A DNA stretch of 64,000 nucleotides from Xylographa opegraphella (Eukaryota): assembly GCA_022813865.1 (NCBI GenBank), contig JALDZX010000029.1, positions 62,001 to 126,000 of the forward strand, in the 5' to 3' direction. The notes under the pieces were generated by a model. The model worked only from the letters and a program-made list of their open reading frames with translations. It was not told the DNA's origin and made no database searches. Shown in pieces: positions 1 through 15,499 of this stretch; positions within the stretch are counted from its first letter, which is position 1, and every line of letters begins with the position of its first letter. The translations under genes and the position numbers were made by a program.

Positions 1-113
1 AGATCAAGCTCATCAAGACTTTCAAGTTCAGAGGAATACCCATCTGCGTGGGATGCTTCGTGTCCGTGCAGGAGACCTTCTCGACTGCTACTGAGCTCAT
101 CTTCGCGTACCAT
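1..113 (-). CDS. Possible 5' end of a gene running off the left edge (MVREDELSSSREGLLHGHEASHADGYSSELESLDELD...)
   Basis: ATG at 113 opens a stop-free, acidic/Ser-rich frame to the window edge. It is too short to identify. Confidence 0.3.
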   Translation of the reverse strand, partial: MVREDELSSSREGLLHGHEASHADGYSSELESLDELD

Positions 114-970
114 CTGACTCGGGTATTAGCACTACGGAAACGACTTGTTTGCTAAGCTTAGAAGTCATACATTATTGTCCGAAATTTGTGGAAATCAAAT
201 ATACAATGCAAGACTGTTAAATAGGATGTCTAATGGTCCGGCTAAGTTGCCATATACCAAAACGAACCAGGATATACAGATTGCCGTGTCCTGAAAATCA
301 TCAATTGGGTTCCTCACTTCTGCCTTTGTGGGATATTTATTACAACGAGATGACAATCTCTCTATCCAAAATGAGAGGTTGCGGAACTTCGGGATATTTC
401 AACCCGTCTGGAAGTCCTTACCCGAGTAATGGTTACCTAAGGGTATGCTCAGAGTCAGTGCGCCGGGAGTCAGAGCCGGACTTCCGCGTATGCTGCAACA
501 ACCCTTACGGCTTAGAAGGATCACTCGATGTACTTTGCCAGTGCATTCGAGAACGATCGACCGATACAGCCGTATTAAATTCAGTCGTTCCCAAGGCATT
601 CAAACTATGAGGCAACTCAATTTTCCCATCGAGTAGGACTTGTCTGGTGGGACAGCTATCACAAACACCTACTATTTCTAACCACAGTCATATTTGCCCT
701 CTATTCTGGGCAGTAAACTTTTTTGAATCTGAAGGCAGATAGATGCCCTGCTATAATACCCGAACCTCCATAAGACATAAACAGCCATGGTTGCGACACG
801 CATAATAAGTTCAGAGCAAATAGGTATCCACAAGCCAGAGATCGTAAGCACCATCACAAAGCAATTTATCTGGGAAATCAAGAATATGATGAATACCAGA
901 AAGCAAGCTCGCCATCAGCGAGGAACCTCCATAGTTACCAGTGAAACGACTTCCTTTTCCAAGAATCAGG

Positions 971-1922
971 TCATAGGACGCGATATGCATCATAAATTAC
1001 CTCAGTACCACGACGCATGCCGCTCCCAATCCACATGCCAGTGTTGAGATGGAGATACCTGCTGTCGCCCGTCTCCATGTGTATGTAGAGTCTAAATGAG
1101 TAGCTTTTCGGATCCACTTCATCAGACTGCATGGGATCGTCGAGCTTCTCCAACACTTCTCTTGGCCCAACACGCCAGCCCTCAGTGCGGACTGCGATGA
1201 AGGCTGGCGGGTGGTCGTGCGTTTGGAGGAGGTAGTTTGTTTCGACATGCGTAGAAAGATCTTGCGCAACGAGTTGTTTGTCTTGCCCACCAGGCTGTTG
1301 AAGTTAGTATATACACAGTACCACGATCGAATGAACATACGATGACGGTTCCTTTGCCCCAACGACCGTTCCAGTGTCCTGAAACGAATGCGATCCAATT
1401 CCGCTGGCCCCAGATCCCGGGTCCAACGGAGATCTTGGGATTCAATTGTACACACATCTGAAAGTCCCGCTCAAGGGATGGTTTCGGGATAGGAAAGGAT
1501 CGGGATCCACTGGCGTCGCCCTGGAAGCCGTTAACCATGGTGTCGAGATCCCTCTTTTTCGGTGTCTTCATAGCAGGAGTAGGAGTTCCGTTAGCAGCCA
1601 ATTCGAGCAGCGGATTCTGAGGATTATGCTCTTTCATCGCATTGAGGTAATTGGGACATTCCAGCAGATGTTGGCGCTGGCGACTCGTGTTCTTCGCGCG
1701 CACCGACTGGCAGTAGATACATTGCGCAGACAGACACTGCGCGTGTCAGAAACTGATGGACCGCAGAAATGCAGGGACTTTACCTTGTCTGATTCTTTGG
1801 CCCGGAACTCGACGAAGGCAGCGTGAACATCGCTGGCAGCGACGCAGTATCAGCGACGTTACCAAAGTGGAACACCCGGGGGAGGCCGGGGGGGGTAATT
1901 ACGCATCACCAAGACGGCCCAT
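971..1922 (-). CDS. BED-type zinc-finger + DUF3237 (UPF0311) domain protein, 4 exons
   Basis: GT-AG splicing gives MGRLGDA/DVHAAFVEFRAKESDK/CLSAQCIYCQSVRAKNTSRQRQHLLECP (Cx2C...Hx3C), then GPGIWGQRNWIAFVSGHWNGRWGKGTVI/PGGQDKQLV...YLLQTHD...YSFRLYIHMETGDSRYLHLNTGMWIGSGMRRGTEVIYDAYRVL*, which has the DUF3237 pattern. Confidence 0.85.
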
Positions 1923-3153
1923 GTTTGGCGACGTTTTGGGTACAATGTTCTTGAAGCGTATTATGGGATTCATAAACGCACTATTTGACTAGGATTTCGC
2001 CTAGCAACAATCTGTAATGTCGCAGTAAAGTTGCACTGATGGACGATGGGCGGATGGGCGATGGTGGTTTTCAATACGGTATCGAAATGGAGAAGTCCGA
2101 GCAAATCTGAGCAAAGCTTACGTCAATTTCCTCGGCCACGCGGCTCCGGAGTCCAGCTGATACAGTACGGAACCATCCAGTCCATCCATCACGTGACAGG
2201 GCTCGCGTTCTTGGTACGCCCGAGACCCGCCAGTACCGCACGCTAAGCTCGGGTTCGCCGGTAATAACTCCTGGGGAGGAGTGAAAGCAGGACAGTGAGA
2301 TCTCACGAGGCAGCTTACATCGTACTTGGTCGTTACGAGAGGCAGTGGTTACCGCTGATGCATGAATCATCCACAAATAGTTGCGGAAATGTTCCATTCA
2401 CTCTTGGTAGAGAAGGTGGAAGGATATCTGGGAACATGATATCTGGTAGCCCAACACGTAGCCACCCGTCATGTCTTTTCCTCGGATGTTGTAGAAGCAA
2501 CGGATAGATAACAAGCATCTTCGGCAAAGGTCAGACAAATGCCCTTGCGCCGATCCCGCAACCTTGCTGGGGAAATCCCTCGGACACAAGAAAACTGCAC
2601 ACCGCGAGTCCCAGTCCCACAACCAGTGCAATGTGTCCCCTCGAGCGTGAACTGTCCGAAGGGTGACTCTTGTAACCCATGTAGTCTGTCCACTGCGGTC
2701 AGGTGTCCGCATAAGAAGGCCCTACATACATACGTACGCAAATGGGACAGTATGTATTGGCAACCCTGTGATCCCATGGTTCGAGGCCGACAATCCAGGA
2801 GCACCTTGAGGGTGCCAACGAAGTAGAGCGTTCTCGCTGGACGGGTGTGGCAAAGTGATTCCACTTCCAACAAGAGAAGCCATTCCGCCGCTGAATCCAG
2901 CATGTTGGAAGACAAGTCTTTTGTTGACGCTGGGCACTCATCGAATAGCCAGCACCACCGACAACTCCCTGAGCTGGTGTATCTACCGACATAGCCTGGT
3001 CTGGATTTCGAATAACTTTTGTTTGGGTCTCAATACCTTATGCATTCTTTAAATCCGTACGTAGTGCACGTTTCGTTCAGAAGTCGAGACGTCCTTGAAT
3101 TCTAGATATTAGAACCGGCGTAGCGTGGGACCCGAAGTAGCCCGTGAACATAC

Positions 3154-4706
3154 CTAGGCGGCGATCCAAGCAACTTCGCCACCAATCATGATGCACGCGA
3201 ATGCAGTGATGAACCCTGCGCTTATCTTATCCGCCAGTGTGATCTGTGTAATAGTAGTCCCACTCAACATAGAAGTCCCGCTGCTGCCTGCAGCAGGGTT
3301 GCCCTTGCTAGTACCACCTGTGGCTGCTGTGACAGGAGGAGTGTTGTTCTTGACCAGATTGGACTGTATTACTTGTAGAGCGCTCATTTGCTGCCCCACT
3401 CCAGAAGTTCCGTCCCAAGCGGTCCCGTCTGTCCACTTATGACCACACGTTGTCCCAGTTGGACCACCACTACATTGTTGAGCGGCCGCGGTAGCAGATG
3501 CTTGAAGTTTCAACATGACGGCGTCATAAATAAAAGGAGCAACCTGAGTACTTGCAGCCATCCAGCGGGACAAGTATGCCTTGAACGATAATTGATCGGT
3601 GTCGCAGGTTCCATAGGGCTCACACGCAGTTTCGTACATGACGTTCGTTTGGTTAGGACTAAAAAAGTAGTCTGTAGCATTGAGAAGACCTTCAACTCGT
3701 TCTGCCCACATCGATGATTGATTGGTCTATTATCGTTAGTGTGGAAGTCCATCAGTAAATCATAGGAGCGTATACAAAGCTGTACATGGTAGCCGCCCCG
3801 AGCAAGTAGACACCAGCATTATATGTCCAACGAATCTGCTGGAGTTGCGTACAATTGGTGGCGGTACCAGCGCCATCGAAAACTTCGTACTGCGAGTCCA
3901 TGAAATTTACGGAATTGACCCAGTCCCAGCTTTTTACGGCCCAGTCGGCATATGTCTGATTCCCAGTATATTGAGCTAAACGCGCCGCTAAATTAAAGAA
4001 GGCTCCGTTTGAGATAGAATTTTTGTACGTATAACCGCTGTTGAATGTGAATATCTGCCACCGAAGCCCACCTTCGCAGTTCGTTGTATCCCATCTCATA
4101 GCCTGCGAATTGAAGACGGCCTGAGCAAGCGCCAGCCATTGAGGCTGATCTGAAGGAGGATCCGGGAAGTTCTGCTCTGCTGCTGACATAGCAGCCATAC
4201 CCCAGAATCCTTGATCGTCATTTCCTTCATCGTTCGATTGGGCAGGCGGCATATAATCGGCATTTGGACCTATTTGCGAAAGGAGTGCTTGGGAAACCAC
4301 GTCGTTGTAAGTGTCATCTTCGGTGTAGTGGTAGTAGTCGATCACTGTTAACAAGTATAAGCGCAGGATTCAACTTTGATACGTTGAATAATGAACCCAC
4401 TGGAACCAAACATAGCACCTGCCTCCCACCAAAAATATGGTTCTGGTAATAGTCCTGGCATTTGACCAGTCTGATTTCCTGTATAAATCTTCATCATATC
4501 ATATGCCACAGTCGACGCTGCTGCCTTGATAGATGCTTTCGACGGCATGATTAGTCACATATCTACTACAGAGCTGGGCAATATTAGCGTAACTGCTTAC
4601 CTGGGTCGGTCAAATTAAGTTCGATGCCTGTAACCAGAGTTTCTTTAATGAAGAGAAATGCTCCTATCATGCTCCATACTGACGTTGAAGGCCGACTGAG
4701 TAGCAT
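3154..4706 (-). CDS. DCW1: GH76 mannan endo-1,6-alpha-mannanase/transglycosylase, Dfg5/Dcw1 family, GPI-anchored, 4 exons
   Basis: Signal peptide [31 protein letters not shown]; catalytic [51 protein letters not shown]; hydrophobic C-terminus. DCW1 versus DFG5 orthology is not resolved. Confidence 0.93.
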
Positions 4707-5652
4707 AGCAAAAAGGTGAAATATGTGCTAGAATCGCTCACACAAGGGGAAGCACGATTATACGCAAAGGGGAAATTTAGGATTCCGAGATATCACCGGT
4801 TCATCATTGAAAACAATCATGAATATCAAAAATGGTATGCTGACGTGTACTGCGAATTCAGGCAATCGTTCTCCAGAGCTTTTGGCCAGTATGGTCTTAT
4901 TCGATGTATGTTTGAAGCTGGTAGTCCGTCGAGCGCGTTGCTTTCTAAATTATGCCATTGGGCCGACAGAACTCGGAGAAGTGCAATGAACAGAGGCGAG
5001 AAGGGCAAAGGAGAATGAGAAGATTCTGAACATGAAAAGAAACTGGATTCAAATACTGTACCGGTTTGCGCAGGATGCGGATAAAGCCCCAAACAGAGCT
5101 GGGAACTCCAAGTGTCTCATGTTTTTGACTAGCATGCAGACACCATCGTACTCCATAAGGTCCTATTCATAGCTATAATATGCAATGACTTGCTGACAGT
5201 TCACATCCCTGACGGTTCTTAGTGTCAGAGAGTTGACTCCAAGCTTCAGAACTGGAGTACGAATTGCTGCCGTTGACGCCAGCCTCTGACCTGTGCCATC
5301 ACCAAGGGAGCTTCAGCGACAAGCTTTATGAAGGCATTCATCACAGAACTGGCGCACCGTTTCTTCCGTCACGTAGCGGACGCCAATTCTACGAGTTCGT
5401 GAAAGTGAGGCAGTCGCCCTTGACAATGATCTCTTTTGGTCTTAATGCTCTGCGCATAACAGAGCTTTTCTAGTCGGAAACAGGCGGGTGCACGGACCAG
5501 GCTTTTGTAACTGACCTGACACCTTTATTTTCCAGTTTCACCATCTATCATCGCATCAACCACTCTCCTTCCTACGACTAGTTATCCTATCGATACTAGA
5601 GTATCATTCGGAATTCTCTCGCGAAATATTCTGAAGTCTTCAAGCTCTCGAA

Positions 5653-6706
5653 ATGGCCGACCGAGAGCAACCTTACGATCCTTACATTCCGTCAGGCGGA
5701 TCAGCACCAGCTGGAAGCACACAAAATGGAGGGAACCAAAGAACGGCGGCGTTACAAGCTGTAGGTTTCACTCATCTCTGCTCTGCTCTTTAACATTATT
5801 CTTCCATTCCTTCCGGCGGCTATGGTACCGCTGTTGTTATTATAACTCTGAATGCAAGGCTCATTCGGTGGATACCTTCCCTCTCAAGATCACAATTTGG
5901 GAATGGAGAATGGTCGTGTTTACGATTGCGTACTACTGTACTGTTGGCCAGTTAAGTTGTCATATCGAGTCGGATATATAGTGGAGCAGCTCGAATCATC
6001 CCACACGCCTCAAGGCTTCGCCTACTTTGTCCTCGACTTGAAAGGCATGATCCGATCCTCCTGCTTTCAAACGACAAAACGAATTCTGAACAACACGAAA
6101 GAACATGTCTTACGGTGTTTGGAAACAGGAATTATCGTTAAGATTCATCTACAACTGCACCAAACAAAAAGCTTTACAGAGCAGTCAAAATTCTATTGTT
6201 TTAATTATGGACGCGAACTTGCATTTAAAAACGCTGCAGTCACATCTACCATGACGAAGACAAAGCCCTGCTCATATGCTCGGCGGAATAGTCATCGCAT
6301 TGGAACTGGCGCTAACAGATCTTCAATAGCAAATCGATGATACCGTGGGCGTGATGCGCGAAAACATCAATAAAGTCTCTCAACGTGGGGAACGTCTAGA
6401 TTCGCTACAAGATAAGACCGATAACCTCGCAACATCAGCCCAAGGATTCAGGCGGGGGGCAAATCGAGTTCGTAAACAAATGTGGTGGAAAGGTATATAT
6501 GCTCCTCCCTCACTCAACCATCAATATATAATGTGAACTAAAATCCAATTGCAGACATGAAGATGCGGATCTGTATCATCGTGGGTATTATTATATTACT
6601 CTTGGTTATTATCGTCCCCTCGGGTAAGCCTAGTGTCCTACGACATTTTCTAAGCTACCAATGCTAATGTATTGTAGTTGTGGCAGCCAAGACACATGGC
6701 AGCTAA
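5653..6706 (+). CDS. SNC1: Synaptobrevin/VAMP v-SNARE, 4 exons
   Basis: [13 protein letters not shown]...[98 protein letters not shown] motif plus C-terminal TM helix. Intron 1 is 5761-6329. Confidence 0.97.
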
Positions 6707-8215
6707 GACACGTAGCAGCAATTGATGCTTTGTGATCTGGACCAACAAGGGCAATGGGAGCATCAGGATAGGCCTATGATTCGGGTTCGAGTTTGATGGC
6801 ATCAGCTTGTCCGGTCTCTGACATTGCTTCTGGATTCAACCCACGACTTCGAAGATCACGAAAATAACTATCAGAGACTTTTAGTGGGCGAACATGTTCT
6901 GTCTAGGGAGCGCGGAATAGGAGTTTGGTGATATTCAGCTTTACAGTACACTGTTTTATTTTCCCTTGCATTGTGTATTTGTGGCTGACAGCGAAGTCCA
7001 CAAGTTCATGTGGCAAGGCTTGTGTGGGCGCTCTTGTATAATAGCGCACAAAGTCTTTGCGGAGAGGATATATTAATGAATCTTTAGTAATGTCTGATAT
7101 TGTACCTTACTGAAACTGAATGTTGGCTAGAGACATCATGATTCTTTGCAGCAGGTGCTCTGCCATTCACTTCGGTCCCCACAAAACGAAAGCTCTCAAG
7201 CCTGTAGCAGTAGTCGAGCAATCACGTTGGCTTTATGCCTTTGTAGTCAATCTTTCATTATACAGACCGCAGCCGCAAGTCAAACCACAAGAGTATACGT
7301 GACTGCATCAGGATAAACAATTCCTGATCGGCCGCTTTGAGTGGCAGATAATCATCACAAGTAAATTCTCTGATCAGATTGCCTCAACCTACCAGCTAGC
7401 CAGCAATGTTCAGCTTCAATCAGACTAAGTAAGAAGTGACAGAAAATCCAATTCCGTTTCGATAGATTGTCATCCTCTGCAACAACATCCAAGCTCCTAT
7501 TGCTCCAATGCTTCATACATCCTGAAATGCCTGCACGAAGCAAGGCTGATAGGAGAATTTGTATCCAGCACTTAGATATATACAATCAAATCTAAGTTCC
7601 ATCATCATCACAGCTACTTCCATTATATCCACGAGTCTGTGGTTCATGTGTGAGGGAAGCGCCAGCTGAATAGACGACAACAGTCTGGCGCCGTGCCGAC
7701 AGTGGTATGCTTCCGATCTGTACTCCAAGGCCACATGTATTTTCATTGCTTCTCGAGACTTAGACTACGTGAGCAGAATGGTAACAAATTCTCCACCCCA
7801 AAACCCCATCAAACCTTGCGCATCTTCGTCACCGAGGCACCGTAGACTGATTCCATCTAACCGACTGAAGTTAGCACCGAGAGAACTCCCCACATCCTCG
7901 CGTCCCGGGGCACTAAGTTTGCCAAGCTTTAAAGGTTTTTTTGGCGTCACAAGCCAAAGCTAAGGCTTTTTGGCGGGGCAGGAGGGAGGTTTCTCCAGAA
8001 TCCGACAGCGATTGCGGAACTAAAAATATTTCCAGTCATTCCCTTCAAGCTCTGCAAAATCCTTCTCATCTCTCCTTTTCCTATTAAAGCTGGTCAATTG
8101 ATACCAAGGACGCTTTACACGTCGCTCTCCATCACTCGACCGAGCTGGGTCTGAATTGCGCACAACCATCACATCCGCCGTCCCATTCGTCGTGCTGTTA
8201 GTCCAACCATCGTGG

Positions 8216-8321
8216 GTACGTTGGAGATCGACTCAGGTTGTTATTGTGGACGCTTAACCTTGACGAAAACGACCAATTCAGCATCAGCCTCTTTTTCCAT
8301 AGCCGCATGTCAGCTCTATAG
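8216..8321 (+). promoter_or_regulatory. Putative 5'-UTR intron (8216-8281) and 4-codon uORF MSAL* (8307-8321) upstream of ARG5,6
   Basis: GTACGT donor, CTTAAC/TTGAC branch candidates and TTCAG acceptor; ATG TCA GCT CTA TAG ends 12 nt before the main ATG. Confidence 0.5.
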
Positions 8322-11096
<2,775 letters not shown>

Positions 11097-12523
11097 TACG
11101 AATGCAGCGCAATAGAACACAAGACTCCTGGTGTACAAGGGGTATGGCAAAAGTTTGTTGAATTGAGCACGATCTTCATATAGGTGAATGCTAGGATGAC
11201 ATGACGGCTCGGGGAATCTATAGTATGTATCTCTTGGACTTGGGTACACTGCCCTTGAAAGGTGGGTTTCATCTCGAGAACAACCAATGGAATAGGGCTC
11301 TGTCTTAAGTGGTATCACATATGCTCTATATTTATTACAGAGCTTCACTCGTGCAGTCGTACTGACTACTTCCTCCCTATTTTTATAAGTTGCCCGCTAT
11401 GCCACAGCTGTGATCAGTGTATAGAGCGACAAAGCTGAAACTTTCACAGTCTGGGCAACTGTTCTATTGAGCGACTCTCAACGCCTTCATCGGTCCATAA
11501 GCCTAAAATATCTCTATACACGCCAGGATCGGATCTGCCGTATCACAGAGATCAAGTGAATGTTCAGGAGCGCCGTCTGGTGTTTTCGAGTAGTAGCAAG
11601 AGGGCGAAGTGCTTCAAACAGCGTCGGAGGAAGAGCAGAGGTGCTTCCGTTTCGAAACCGTTAGTCTTGTAGTCCACTGCAGGGAAAGAACACAAGCACC
11701 AAACACAGTTGGCGGCAGGCAAAGGTCATCGGAGTCCAAGGCTTTTGGAGCGGCTGCGGTACGGATTATGATCGAGCGATTTTGTGCTCTGTCTTTGGGA
11801 ACACAAAAGCGGGCAGGCGTTGATGCGCGGATGACTCTGAGAACTTGGAACTTCAAATGGTAGACTAGCCTACAGGAATCGATCTGTTATAACAGAACTC
11901 GCGCAAATACCTTAGTGCCCGACTCCGGACGTCATTCTCATCTCAAAATTTTGAAAATCCTGAGGGCTTCTCCCGGAACAAACCCGGCACAGCCTTCCGC
12001 GCCTTGCCCCATTCCGTTACGGTTGCGAGCGACGCTTCTCCCTTCTCGCAAGCCTTACTCTGCAAGCAGGGAATTCGGTGATTGTGGTAATAATGGAGCA
12101 CCAATTTGGGAAAGCAGTTCATGGGCTGAGACGATGCGCATGGATTGGTGTGCTGACTGGTGTGATACCGCGGGACTTTGCCGTGGATTGCGAGCGTTGG
12201 AGGTAGTATATATGGAGGTAGGGCAGCCAGCCAGTTTATTTGAATTTCACATTTCCTTTATCCCTATACAAATCGGTTGTACATCGAGCTTTGGATCAGA
12301 CTTGACTTATACTCTCAACCAACATCCCTCAACATTTCCAGTCCCATATCTGTGTTGTGCCTCAATTACGTTCCACCGCAGTCCAGATTACCTCTTACCT
12401 GGGCATTCAAGCCAAAGCCCAGCTTGTCCTTCTCAACCAGTGATATCTGCCGACCCTTTCGCTACCTACATTCGAAGCTTGGTACCACGGTTGCTCAATC
12501 GTCACAAACTCGCTACATCAACC

Positions 12524-12721
12524 ATGTGTATCGCATTCAGTCTGGGTGCTGGCGCTCTTAAGAAACAGCGCGATAACAAGAAAAAGGAGCAGGAGATGCA
12601 AGCTCCCCGTCCGGTATACTCCAATCAGGGACAGATATCTCCACCCCGAAGGGTTAGTGTCAGCAGGGATTATGCTTCTCCGCCGCCAAAGTATGACCAT
12701 GGGAGACCAGCTATTGTGTAG
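12524..12721 (+). CDS. Small basic hypothetical protein (65 aa)
   Basis: ATG in strong TCAACCATG context; MCIAFSLGAGALKKQRDNKKKEQEMQAPRPVY...PPPKYDHGRPAIV*, with a PPxY-like motif. No family recognised. Confidence 0.55.
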   Translation: MCIAFSLGAGALKKQRDNKKKEQEMQAPRPVYSNQGQISPPRRVSVSRDYASPPPKYDHGRPAIV

Positions 12722-14403
12722 AAGGTGGAGGAAAGAGCCGAAGGTAGACGATGGATGGAAGTGAAGCGGAAGAGCGGCGAAGTTTGGGGTACATAGATAG
12801 AAAGTTTAGCTTGATGGTTGTAGTGGAGGAAGGGTTATGTCGGACGATGGCCTGCGGAATTGGATGAAGTGATTGATCTGTAGGAGCTCAGAGAGGTTGA
12901 CGGCAAGACGGTCATGTACAGTACTCAATAGATTTGAAGAGCGAGGTTTTTCTGCAAACAATTTGTTGGAAGAAAGATATAAATTAAGCCATTGGATTTT
13001 TTTTGACGGGTACATTAAAACGGTGTGGGCATCTTGCGGACGATTATGAAAAGCCAGCGCCGCGCTGCAATATAGCTTTACACACAATCCCACGAACGCG
13101 ACAGAGATATGTTGGGCTCAGTTATCCCAGCGACTTTGCCACAAACCGGCAGCCTCGCTGAGATCCTGGACTTTGTCAATATAGTCGTGGTGACTTGCCA
13201 AAGTCGGAGGCTCCTATATGACTCTCCCACACGTCCGCAAGGGCTTTTCATGCCCGCAAGATTAGCGTTTCCCCATAGCACTTCTGGTTTTATAGTCAAT
13301 AATCTCGGACATCTAAAACATACCTCCAACGGCATATTCTCACGGCGAAACTGTGACTGGGAAGCAACAGTGCCAAGCATTCACCCAGCACTTCTCTCGT
13401 CTTCAGTTCCTGAATCATCTGTTGAATAGCACAGTCGAAGGCTACCGCTCTCGCGTTACTAGACTACCCGAAGCTGTAGATCCGGGAATGGGGCAGACAT
13501 GAATGGCATTCCTAGAAATGGAGGAGTGAAGTCAAGGCAGTCGCTTCCTGCCGGAGTTGGAGGGTGTGGCAGACTGCAGCAGACTGGCAGTGGAGGTGTT
13601 TTGCAAACAAAGATCTACACCGGAATGGATAGCGCCGAGCGGGCCGAACCCTAAGTGCAAAGTCAGCTTGGCACCATTCATGAGGTTCATGCGCGAGGCC
13701 AGCTTCTTCTGGAAGACCAGCAACATTCCAGTCAGGAGTATGTTGAAACGGAGTGCCTCGATTGGTTCCAGGTCTTGCCGATCATATGAATTCCGCGGGG
13801 TGGTCGCTCAGCTGCTTTGCGGACGATTGCCCCTGTATTTGGATATCGCCGAGATGTTCGATCGCGTATCACCTGCCTCGTATGTATTTCCGCCGACCAT
13901 GCATAGCTCCTGGCCGTGCTCTATCTTTTCTGACGAGGTTTGCGAATGGGAGCACTGAACAGCAGTACTTTGCCGAACAGGTGCATCTGGACATGAACGT
14001 AAGGTAAGGTAGCTAAGGTACGAAGTTACCTAAACGTTCACGTCCATGAGCCGAGCCGAGCGGAAATGGAAGCTAATTCGACAGGTCACCGGCGCGTCTT
14101 TAGCGCGGCAGTTCCGCTTTGAACCAAAACCAATCATTGCGTCGCTCGGTCACAACACAGTCCCCTTGTTTGCCTGCTGCTTGCCTGTTCCTGCTTGTCC
14201 GTACGTCGTGGTGCCGACCTCAGGTACCTCGAGTCATGTCACGTTCACTCAAGGGCCTTATCGGTCGAGCGTGCTGGAACGCTGGCTCTCAACTGGCTGG
14301 CGGCTTCATCAATAGGCACTTTATATAAGTCTGCCATGATGCTGCTCTCCTCTACTCTCGTCGCCCTTGCTACTTTATACTCGCCTTTCAGCGCCTGCCC
14401 GCC

Positions 14404-15499
14404 ATGAAGACCACGGTCCTCGTCGTCCCTCTGCTCGCAATCCTCCCCAACGCGTACGCATGGGGAGAGCTTGGCCACATGGTCATCGCGGACGTCGCGC
14501 AGAATTTCCTCACTTCCAAAACCGTGACATACTGCCAGAAGATCCTCAACGATACCTCCTCGTCCTACCTCGCCAGCGTTGCTCCGTGGGCGGACTCTTA
14601 CCGCGAGACGACTGCGGGAGCCTTTTCGGAGCCTTTCCATTTCATCGATGCGCTTGATAGTCCCCCGACGACCTGTGATGTCGAGTACTCGCGCGACTGC
14701 GGCGCCGGAGGCTGCGTTGTCTCTGCCATCAATAACTACGTATGGACTCCAATAGTTTTCTGCCGGCTTCTCTACTGACACTAGATGGGCAGACTGCCCG
14801 CATCCAGAACACCAAGCTCAGCAGCACGGACATCAACCAAGCTCTCATGTTCATCGTGCATTTCGTCGGCGACATTCACCAACCCTTGCATGACGAGAAC
14901 TACGACCTAGGCGGCAACGAGGTGTCCGTCACCTTCGCCGGCACTTCCACCAACCTGCACGCCGTGTGGGACACCTCCATCCCTCAGAAGTACGCCGGCA
15001 GTGCGACGCTCACCAATGCGAAGAAATGGGCCACCACCCTCACGGCCGACATCAAGACCGGCGCCTACAAGAACCTGACCTCGGCCTGGCTCGAGGGCAT
15101 CAACCTCAAGGATCCGGTGACCACGGCGACGGGGTGGGCGAGCGAGGCGAACGCCTTCGTTTGTACGACTGTCGTGCCGAATGGCTGGAGCGCGGTGGCT
15201 GGCAAGGATCTCAGTACGACGTACTATACGAGTGTGCTGCCGACGATCCAGCTGCAGCATGCGAGGGCGGGCTACAGGCTTGCGGCGTGGTTGAATCTGA
15301 TCGCGACGGGGTCGACAGGTATGGTTTTGCCTGAGAAGATGTGGGAGGCTTGCTAACGGGCGAATCAGGCTTGGAGAGCAGGTCGATGCACGAGGACTAT
15401 GATGAGTTTGCGACACATCAGATCCTGCGAAGGGAATACGAGGCATCCAAGATGCTGTTCGTGGGCGGGAACGAGGCATCATGTCAGCGTGAACTGTGA
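14404..15499 (+). CDS. Secreted S1/P1 nuclease, 3 exons
   Basis: Signal peptide then WGELGH, APWADSYR, FHFIDA, HFVGDIHQPLH, GGN, NLHAVWD, AGYRLAAWLN. Introns 14740-14792 and 15319-15368. If intron 2 is retained the ORF stops at 15356. Confidence 0.95.

Noticed and set aside
2000..3050. Several overlapping 60-150 aa ORFs on both strands between the DUF3237 and GH76 genes
   Set aside because: No recognisable motif, consistent splice model or coding bias.
5852..6340. 162-aa ORF inside the synaptobrevin intron as an independent gene
   Set aside because: It overlaps the branch point and acceptor and has no family features. It is kept only as part of the long-intron finding.
13078..13958. ORFs of 64-133 aa upstream of the nuclease
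   Set aside because: Both strands are partly open, but there is no identifiable product or splice model. At most a relic.
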